Below, piece after piece: positions 56,941 through 64,000 of a stretch of DNA of 64,000 nucleotides (its first letter is position 1; each line of letters opens with the position of its first letter). The translations under genes were made by a program, and so were the position numbers. This stretch comes from an uncultured Gemmatimonadales bacterium (GTDB taxonomy: Bacteria; Gemmatimonadota; Gemmatimonadetes; Longimicrobiales; RSA9), in assembly GCA_963741945.1 (NCBI GenBank), contig CAVUKA010000002.1, forward strand, positions 96,001-160,000, written 5' to 3'. Under the pieces are notes generated by a model. That model ran no database searches, was not told the DNA's origin, and was given only the letters and a program-made list of their open reading frames with translations.

Positions 56941-59900
56941 TCACCGGCCGGCCGGCGCCGCCCGGCTCAGCGTCTGCCACTTCGCCATCACTTCCGCCGC
57001 ATCCGTCCGGGCCGCGTCGCACGCCGCCACTTCCCGGGCCGTGGGCGCCACGTCCGCGTCCTGCATGGCCATGGCCGCCCGCATCATCGCCTGGCTCACG
57101 CTCTCCAGCGTGGGCGGGCCGGAAGGCGCACCGCCGAAGTAGCGGCGCCCCCGCGCGTCCGGCACGGGCGCCGGCGCCAGCGCCTCCACGCGCTTCCGCA
57201 GCGCCACGGCTTCCGCGTCCGTCGCCCCGTCGAGCCGAGCGACGAGCGCCCGCGCCTGCTGGTACGCCGCGTGGGCCGCCATGGCCCCGTCGTACATCGC
57301 GCGCGTGAGCGCGGCCAGCCGGTCCAGGTCCGCCGCGGGAGTGGTGACCCGCGGATCCAGGCGGAGCGACAGCGGCTGCGTGGACGTCCGGCCGGCCGCC
57401 GTGAGTCGGACCGCGTACGCTCCCGCCGGCGCCCACGGCGCCTCCACCGACGGATAGGTGTGGTGCGGCACCGCCCCCTCCCCGCTCGCTTCACGCGGCT
57501 CGGGCCCGATGGGATCGAAGCGCAGGTCCCAGCCGAACCGGTGCATCCCCGCCCGCGTGGACAGCACCCGCTGTGGCGCCGGCCAGTACAGCGGCACGTT
57601 GCAGTTCGGCGCGTCCGGGTCCTCGCGGCAGACGCGGTCGTAGCCCTCGGGGTCGAGCGCCGGGTCGGGCTCGAGCACCGGGTCGTCGCTCGAGTAGGAG
57701 CGGATGACCGTCCCGCCGGCATCGAGCACCTCGAGCGTGACCGGCCCCGCCACGTCCTCGGCCAGGTAGTAGTCGATGATCCCGCCGGCCGGCGGGTTCT
57801 CCCCCGCGGGCAGCTCCGGCGGCCATTCGGTCGGGTCGTTCGTGCCGAAGCGCACGCGCACGGCCGTGGCCGGCCGGAACAGGTAGGCGACGCCGGGTCC
57901 GGCCTCGGTGCTGGCGTCGCCGGCGCCGCCGGCAGCCCCTGCGCCGAACCGGCCCGCCGTGGCGGCCGCGGCGTCCGCCGCCTGCCGCAGCGGGGTCACG
58001 TCGTCCAGGATCCAGAAGCCCCGGCCGTGCGTGCCCGCCACCAGGTCCGAGCAGAGGCAGGTGGAATCGTCCTTCACCTGGATGTCGCGCACGGAGATGG
58101 CCGGCATGTTCAGCCGCAGCGAGTGCCACACGCCGCCGTCGTCGAACGAGACCCAGACCTGCGTCTCCGTGGCGGCGTACAGCAGCCCCGGCGTGCGCGG
58201 GTCCTCCCGGATCGAGTTCGCCACCGCGCCCGGCGTCAGGCCGCCGTCGATCTCCGTCCACGTCTTCCCGCCATCGTGGGTGCGGAAGAAGTGCGGGTCC
58301 ATGTCGTCGATCCGCATGGTGTTGGCCGCGGCGTACGCGGTCCCCGTATCGAAATGCCCGGCCTCAATGTTGAAGATCCGGGTCCACGGCGCGATGACCG
58401 GCGGCGTGACGTTGCGCCAGTGTGCGCCGCCGTCCGTGGTCACCTGGATGTTGCCGTCATCGGTGCCCGCCCAGATCACGTCCACGTCCAGCGGCGACGC
58501 GCTGAGCGCGGTGATCGTCCCCTGCGCGCTCGCTTCCACGTGCTTCGCGTACTTCCCCGCGCTGGCCGGCACTTTCCACGACTCCCGGGCCAGGTCGGGG
58601 CTGATGCGCGTCCAGGAATGGCCGTGGTCGGTGCTCTTCCACACCACGTTGGACGTGTAGAAAAGCACGTCCGGGTCCACTGGCGACCACTCGATCGGCA
58701 TGGTCCGCACGTCACGGTTGAACGGCCCGCCCCGCGGCCCCATGTCCGGGCCCACGTGGTTCGTCTGACGCGTCCGCCGGTCGTACAGCGACACGTCCGT
58801 GCGCGCGCTGCCGTACACCAGGGCCGGGTCCCGCGGGTCGGGCGCCGCGATGCCGTACTCCTGGATGTTCACCGGATGCCAGTCGTGGAACGTGATCTCG
58901 CCGTCGTCCGACCGGCTCTGCACGCACGCCGAGCCCGCGTCCTGCTGGCCGCCGCACACCCGGTACGGGAACGCGTTGTCCGTGCTCACGTGGTACATGG
59001 CCGCCGTGGGCTGGTTGTACCAGTTGCTCCACGACTCGCCGCCGTTCGTCGAGATCACCGCGCCCTGGTCCGAAACGGTGAAGATGACGTTCGGATCGTC
59101 CGGGTGGATCCAGATCTTCTGGTAGTCGTCGCCGCCGTAGGCGCCGCGCACCGCCGACCAGTGCTCGCCCCCGTCCCGGCTCCGCCACATCACCACCGTG
59201 GCGCTGTACACGGTATTCGGGTCCTTCGGGTCCACCGTGATGGTGGGGAGGTCACCCCCGCCGATGCGACGCAGCGGCCGCGCGTCCACGTGCGCCGTGG
59301 CCTCGCCCACCGGCCCCGCCGGCACGTCCACCGGCGTCCAGTGCTCGCCACCGTCGGTGGACCTGTAGAAGCCCACCACGCCCGTGACACCACCATCCCG
59401 GCCCGCGCCCGAGACGGTGCCCGGGCCGGCCGCGGCCGCGTCGATCGACCGCGGCGTCCCCGCCACCATGGCGTACACGGTCCGCGGGTCGCTCGGCGCC
59501 ACCGCCAGATTGGCCTCGATCACGTTGGGCAGCCCCGCCGTCAGCGGCCGCCACGTGTCGCCGCCATCGGTGGACTTGAAAATCCCCGTGCCGTTGCCCG
59601 CACCGCCGAACTCCGCGCTCTCCCGGAACCCCTCCTGCTGCTGCCAGAGCGTGGCGTAGATGGTGTTCGGGTCCAACGGGTCCATCACCACGTCGTTCCC
59701 GCTGGTGTACTCGTCGCGGTAGAGCACTTTCTCGAACGTCTTCCCGCCATCCACCGACCGGAAGATCCCGCGCTCCGGGTTCGGCCCGTACGGGTGTCCC
59801 AGCGCGGCGACGAAGAGCCGGTCCGGGTTCGTCGGGTCCACCACCACGTCCGCGATCATCTGCGTCTCGCGCAGCCCCAGATGCGTCCACGTCCGCCCCG

Positions 59901-60306
59901 CGTCCGTGGACCTGTACACCCCGTCACCCGTGGCCAGGTCCGGCCGGATGATCCCCGCGCCGCTCCCCACGTAGATCACGTCGGGGTCCGATGCGGCCAC
60001 GGCGATGGCGCCGATGGAGCCCGTGGGCTGGTCGTCGAAGATCGGCTGCCACGTCGAGCCGTAATCCGTGGTGCGCCAGATCCCGCCATTGTCGAAGCCG
60101 GCATAGAACACCGTCGGGTTCCCCGGCACGGCCGCCAGCGCCCTCGTGCGACCGCCACGCACGGGTCCGATGGAGCGCCAGTGCATGTCGGAATAGAACG
60201 CGGGCCCGGGCGCGGCGTCCCGGGTCGGCGTCTGCGCCGCGGCGAACGACGCGGCCACGGAAAGGAACGCGAGAGCCGCTGCGATGCGGCTGAAGAGCGT
60301 GCGCAC
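56941..60306 (-). CDS. Secreted VPS10/BNR-repeat glycosyl hydrolase-like protein
   Basis: WRSIGP.RGGR, multiple Asp-boxes (STDGG.TW), GGQQD, GTHGRGFWILDD; GGAGG RBS. Confidence 0.88.
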   Translation of the reverse strand: MRTLFSRIAAALAFLSVAASFAAAQTPTRDAAPGPAFYSDMHWRSIGPVRGGRTRALAAVPGNPTVFYAGFDNGGIWRTTDYGSTWQPIFDDQPTGSIGAIAVAASDPDVIYVGSGAGIIRPDLATGDGVYRSTDAGRTWTHLGLRETQMIADVVVDPTNPDRLFVAALGHPYGPNPERGIFRSVDGGKTFEKVLYRDEYTSGNDVVMDPLDPNTIYATLWQQQEGFRESAEFGGAGNGTGIFKSTDGGDTWRPLTAGLPNVIEANLAVAPSDPRTVYAMVAGTPRSIDAAAAGPGTVSGAGRDGGVTGVVGFYRSTDGGEHWTPVDVPAGPVGEATAHVDARPLRRIGGGDLPTITVDPKDPNTVYSATVVMWRSRDGGEHWSAVRGAYGGDDYQKIWIHPDDPNVIFTVSDQGAVISTNGGESWSNWYNQPTAAMYHVSTDNAFPYRVCGGQQDAGSACVQSRSDDGEITFHDWHPVNIQEYGIAAPDPRDPALVYGSARTDVSLYDRRTRQTNHVGPDMGPRGGPFNRDVRTMPIEWSPVDPDVLFYTSNVVWKSTDHGHSWTRISPDLARESWKVPASAGKYAKHVEASAQGTITALSASPLDVDVIWAGTDDGNIQVTTDGGAHWRNVTPPVIAPWTRIFNIEAGHFDTGTAYAAANTMRIDDMDPHFFRTHDGGKTWTEIDGGLTPGAVANSIREDPRTPGLLYAATETQVWVSFDDGGVWHSLRLNMPAISVRDIQVKDDSTCLCSDLVAGTHGRGFWILDDVTPLRQAADAAAATAGRFGAGAAGGAGDASTEAGPGVAYLFRPATAVRVRFGTNDPTEWPPELPAGENPPAGGIIDYYLAEDVAGPVTLEVLDAGGTVIRSYSSDDPVLEPDPALDPEGYDRVCREDPDAPNCNVPLYWPAPQRVLSTRAGMHRFGWDLRFDPIGPEPREASGEGAVPHHTYPSVEAPWAPAGAYAVRLTAAGRTSTQPLSLRLDPRVTTPAADLDRLAALTRAMYDGAMAAHAAYQQARALVARLDGATDAEAVALRKRVEALAPAPVPDARGRRYFGGAPSGPPTLESVSQAMMRAAMAMQDADVAPTAREVAACDAARTDAAEVMAKWQTLSRAAPAGR

Positions 60307-60458
60307 GGGCAGCACCTCCTGGAGGATTACGGCAGCATGCCGGATGATGTGGGCTTCCGGACGGATTTCTGGCTCAAGATGGGGATCCGTCCACCCCTCC
60401 ACCAGCACGTCCCGCGCGGGTCCGCCGGATCGATGCCCCGGGATGCTCGCGCCTGGCG

Positions 60459-61556
60459 TTACGTCCCGCGGTCCATCGGTACGCTGAAGTGGAACGTGGT
60501 GCCGCTGCCCGGGTCGCTCTCGACCCAGATCTTCCCGCCGTGCGCTTCGACGATCCCCTTGGCGATCGAGAGCCCCAGCCCCGCACCCGCGCGCTGGCTC
60601 TTCTCCGCCTGCCAGAACCGGTCGAAGATCCGGGGAAGATCCTCCTGCCGTATCCCGCGCCCGCTGTCGCGCACGCTGAAGACGACGTCGTCCGATCGGG
60701 CCGTCGCCTCCACCCGCACCCGGCCGCCCTCGGGGGTGTGCTCCAGCGCGTTCGAGAGGAGGTTCCCGAACACCTGCAGGATCCTGTCGAAGTCGACGAC
60801 GATGGCGACGGCCGGCATCTCGCCCTCGGAGATCGCGATCGACCGTGCCTCGGCCAGCGGGGCCTGGGACTGGACCGCGGCGCGCGCCAGCTCCGCGCAG
60901 TGCCAGCGCTGCGGGGCGATCCGAAGGCCACCCGCCTCGATGCGAGAGGCCTGGAGCAGGTCGTCGATCAAGTGCTGCATCTGATCGACCGCCCGGCGGA
61001 TGATCGCCACCTGCCCCCGCTTCTTCTCCTCCGAGATGTCCTCCAGCAGGAGCGAGCTGGACATCACCATGGTGTTGAGCGGGTTCCGGAGATCGTGGCT
61101 GACCACGGCCAGGATGTGGTCCCGCTCCTTCACGGCCGCCCGGGCCTGCTCCAGGGCCCGCCGGACCTGCTCCTCCGCTTTCTTCCGCTCGGTGACGTCG
61201 ACGCCGATCCCCACCTGCCGGTCATCGGTCAGCCGGATGTTCGCCCAGCTGGCGGGCACCATGGATCCGTCCTTCGCCCGCATGTCGAAATCGCGCCACT
61301 CCGGCTCGAGCGCGTCCATGAACCGCCGGACCTCCGCCCGGTACTCCGGGTCGGGGAAACAGATCGCCATGACGTCCCCCTCCTCGAGATCTTCGGGCGT
61401 CCACCCCAGCACCCTCTCGAAGTGGCGGCTGACGAGGACGTCCCGAACGGCCGGGTCGTAGATCACGACCATGACCGGAATCTCGTTGATCAGTCGCTCC
61501 AGCAGCTCGCCGTCGCCCTCGAGGAGCTGGTCTTCCTGGATCAGCCGTGTCGCCAT
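60459..61556 (-). CDS. PAS-domain sensor histidine kinase
   Basis: PAS ending DVTERK, VSHDLRNPL, NLLSNA, DSGRGI, FDRFWQ, GAGLGLSI. Confidence 0.92.
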   Translation of the reverse strand: MATRLIQEDQLLEGDGELLERLINEIPVMVVIYDPAVRDVLVSRHFERVLGWTPEDLEEGDVMAICFPDPEYRAEVRRFMDALEPEWRDFDMRAKDGSMVPASWANIRLTDDRQVGIGVDVTERKKAEEQVRRALEQARAAVKERDHILAVVSHDLRNPLNTMVMSSSLLLEDISEEKKRGQVAIIRRAVDQMQHLIDDLLQASRIEAGGLRIAPQRWHCAELARAAVQSQAPLAEARSIAISEGEMPAVAIVVDFDRILQVFGNLLSNALEHTPEGGRVRVEATARSDDVVFSVRDSGRGIRQEDLPRIFDRFWQAEKSQRAGAGLGLSIAKGIVEAHGGKIWVESDPGSGTTFHFSVPMDRGT

Positions 61557-61806
61557 GAGCCACACAGGGGCTGGGGGTCCGTATCACGAAGAATGTCAAA
61601 GATACGGCGGCGCCGCGCAGCAGGGAACGGGATTCGCGGTGGCACTCCGCCCGGCCGTGGCTTTCCATCCGGGATGAGGCCCAGGCGGCCGCTTCTCCTG
61701 GCGCGTGTCGTGCATGGCGTGCCCGCAGCCCGAGCCGGAGCAGCCGTATGCACGCACAGTCGAGACACCCCGCCGCTGCCGCGCGCGGAACGGGTGAGCC
61801 GAACCC

Positions 61807-62667
61807 GTGAGCGACCGCCGCGGCGCCAGCCACTTCTGGAAGGGCATCGCCCGCGGCTTCGGCGGCGCCCTGCTCTTCTCGCTCCCGCTCTACATGACCA
61901 TGGAGATGTGGTGGCTCGGGTTCTACATGAGCCCGCTCCGGCTGGCGGCGCTGCTGCTCTTCGGACTGCCCCTGCTCGTGGGGCTCGCCTCCGTCTCGGG
62001 GATCGAGAAGTCGCACGGGTTCACCGAAGCGCTCCTCGGCGGGACCACCGCCTACGGCATCGGCCTGGTTTCCAGCGCGCTGCTGCTCGGCGTCCTCGGC
62101 CTGATCGGCGCCACCGACCCGCTCTCCGACGTGGCCGGGAAGATCGGGGTGCAGGCCCTCCCCGCCGGCATCGGAGCCTCCCTCGCCCGCAGCCAGCTCG
62201 GCGACACCGGGAGCCAGGGCAAAGCGCAGGAGCAGGACGGGCCGGGGTCATCGCGGAAGCCGCAGAAGCACGGCGGTTCCTATGTGGCCGAGCTGTTCCT
62301 GATGCTGGCCGGCGCCATCTACGTGGCGTTCAACGTTGCGCCCACACAGGAGATGAACCTGCTCTCCTACATCGCCCGGCCGGTCCACGTGCTCGCAACC
62401 GTGGTCCTGACGCTCGTGATCATGCACGCGTTCGTCTACGCGATGGACTTCCGCGGCGCCCCGTACGGAGGCGCCGACACACGCTGGTGGAGTCAGCTGC
62501 TCCGGTTCACAGTGCCCGCCTACGTGGTCGCTCTGGGCGCGAGTGCGGTGCTGCTGTGGGTATTCGGGCGTCTGGAGAGCAGCACCCTGGAATGGGTGGT
62601 CCTGCGGTCGGTGGTGCTGGGCCTGCCCGCCGGCCTCGGCGCTGCGGCCGCCCGGCTCGTCGTGTGA
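61807..62667 (+). CDS. TIGR02587/DUF2391-family integral membrane protein
   Basis: GGALLFSLPLYMTMEMWWLG, FNVAPT.E, VVLGLPAGLGAAAARL. Confidence 0.85.
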   Translation: MSDRRGASHFWKGIARGFGGALLFSLPLYMTMEMWWLGFYMSPLRLAALLLFGLPLLVGLASVSGIEKSHGFTEALLGGTTAYGIGLVSSALLLGVLGLIGATDPLSDVAGKIGVQALPAGIGASLARSQLGDTGSQGKAQEQDGPGSSRKPQKHGGSYVAELFLMLAGAIYVAFNVAPTQEMNLLSYIARPVHVLATVVLTLVIMHAFVYAMDFRGAPYGGADTRWWSQLLRFTVPAYVVALGASAVLLWVFGRLESSTLEWVVLRSVVLGLPAGLGAAAARLVV

Positions 62668-62674
62668 GGGCACC

Positions 62675-63079
62675 GTGACGGAAACCAACGATGGCAGCGG
62701 CCACAGCAACACCCCGGCCTGGGAATGGCTGGTCGCCTCGATCAGCACCGCGCTCGTGCTGGCGCTCATCGCCTACCTCATCTACCTCGGGGTGACGGCG
62801 CCCCACACCCCGCCGCAGGTGATGGTCTCGCGCGACGCGGTCACGGCCATGGACGGCGGCTTCGTGGTCACCTTCTCCGCCCACAACACCGGCGGCGCCA
62901 CGGCGGCCTCGGTGCAGGTGGACGGGGAGCTGAAAGCCGATACCGTGATCATCGAGAAGCGGAGCGCCACGCTGCGCTTCGTCCCGGCCGGCGCCACTCG
63001 CCGGGGCGGCCTGTTCTTCACCCACGACCCCCGCTCCTACCGGCTGGTGCTGAACGCGAGCGGCTACGACCGGCCCTGA
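62675..63079 (+). CDS. TIGR02588-family protein
   Basis: EWLVASIS TM, N.GG.TA..VQV.GEL, GGLFF..DPR; follows TIGR02587. Confidence 0.8.
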   Translation: MTETNDGSGHSNTPAWEWLVASISTALVLALIAYLIYLGVTAPHTPPQVMVSRDAVTAMDGGFVVTFSAHNTGGATAASVQVDGELKADTVIIEKRSATLRFVPAGATRRGGLFFTHDPRSYRLVLNASGYDRP

Positions 63080-63198
63080 CCGCCCCGGATGGCCGCTTCG
63101 ATGGCGGCGGCCAGCTCCCGCCGTCGGACTCCCGGGTCCGCCCCCCGGCGCCGGCCTCGCGTTGAAGCAAACGCGCGCCTCGACCGTAGGCTGAAGTC

Positions 63199-64000
63199 AT
63201 GTACTCGACCTGTCTCTTCTGCAATTCCGATCTCGGCCGCAACGAAGCGCTCCTCGATTTCCCGGTGGGCCGCCGGCTTGCGTTCGACCCCGTCAAGGGC
63301 CGGCTGTGGGTGGTGTGCCGCCACTGCGAGCGGTGGAACCTCGCCCCGCTCGAGGAGCAATGGGAGGCTCTGGAGCAGGCGGAGCGGCGCTACCGCGACG
63401 CGAAGCAGCGCGTGTCCACCGAGAACATGGGGCTCGCCCGTCTCCCGGACCGCACCGAGCTGGTGCGGATCGGACGCCCGATGCGCCCCGAGTACGCCGC
63501 GTGGCGCTACGGCGACCAGTTCGGAAGACGACGCCGGCGTCGCATGCTCGTCGCGGGCGGCGGCGTCGCGGCTCTCGGCGCGGTGCTCGCGGGCGGAGCC
63601 GTGGCCGGGATGAGCGTGGCGGCGTTCGGCGGCGCCATCGGGCAGGGCATCAACACCATCGTACACGGCCGCCCGAACGCCGTGGTGGCCCGGCTCCGGA
63701 CGGAGAGCGCGGGCACGATCGCGGTGCGGCGTCGCCACCTCGCCGAGACCCGGCTGGTGCCCGGCACGGACGCGCCGCTCGCGCTGCACGTCCGCTTCAA
63801 GAACGGACAGGCGCGGCTCGAGGGACGCGAAGCGCTGCGCGTGGCCGGCGCGCTCATGCCCCACGTCAACCGTTTCGGCGGGAAATCGGCGATCGTGCAG
63901 TCCGCCGTCCGCTCCCTCGACGAGGCCGGCGGCGCCGACGGCTACCTGGAACGGCTCAGCCGCTACGCCTCCGACGCCACCACGGTGCCGGTCCGCCGCC
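63199..64000 (+). CDS. Hypothetical Zn-finger membrane protein, runs off the window end
   Basis: Manual translation MYSTCLFCNSDLGRNE..FPVGRRLAFDPVKGRLWVVCRHCERWNLAPLEEQWEA..WRYGDQF..; no stop before 64000. Confidence 0.75.
   Translation, partial: MYSTCLFCNSDLGRNEALLDFPVGRRLAFDPVKGRLWVVCRHCERWNLAPLEEQWEALEQAERRYRDAKQRVSTENMGLARLPDRTELVRIGRPMRPEYAAWRYGDQFGRRRRRRMLVAGGGVAALGAVLAGGAVAGMSVAAFGGAIGQGINTIVHGRPNAVVARLRTESAGTIAVRRRHLAETRLVPGTDAPLALHVRFKNGQARLEGREALRVAGALMPHVNRFGGKSAIVQSAVRSLDEAGGADGYLERLSRYASDATTVPVRR

Overview
Very GC-rich bacterial DNA. The gene repertoire (several BTAD/TolB-like/TPR regulators, a DUF5916 beta-barrel, a VPS10/BNR glycosyl hydrolase, many lipoproteins, a 'MYSTCLFC...' family protein) points to Gemmatimonadota; this is an inference, not a marker-gene call. 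Most of the window encodes secreted polymer- and peptide-scavenging enzymes (GH38, S8, S9, M14, M28 peptidases), signal-transduction proteins and small membrane proteins. The most striking element is a complete ~2.9-kb mobile element at 11431-14366. It has perfect 25-bp terminal inverted repeats, a palindromic 8-bp flanking duplication (CTAATTAG) and a divergent IS256/Mutator-like DDE transposase. It carries a two-gene passenger operon (DUF6036-like nucleotidyltransferase plus an unknown protein with a C-terminal wHTH) that appears to be transcribed leaderless, a candidate toxin-antitoxin or anti-phage module on a transporter IS. Also notable: an unannotated 58-aa lipopeptide with a Cys loop facing a transmembrane BTAD-TPR regulator; an exported cyanophycinase-YfcC-IadA operon; a Campylobacter-like dba-dsbI pair; a dispersed REP-like repeat family; a ~640-bp G-rich tract; and two disrupted genes (an esterase-like remnant and xdhC). 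No rRNA, tRNA or CRISPR array was seen. All family assignments come from motif recognition by eye; no database searches were run.
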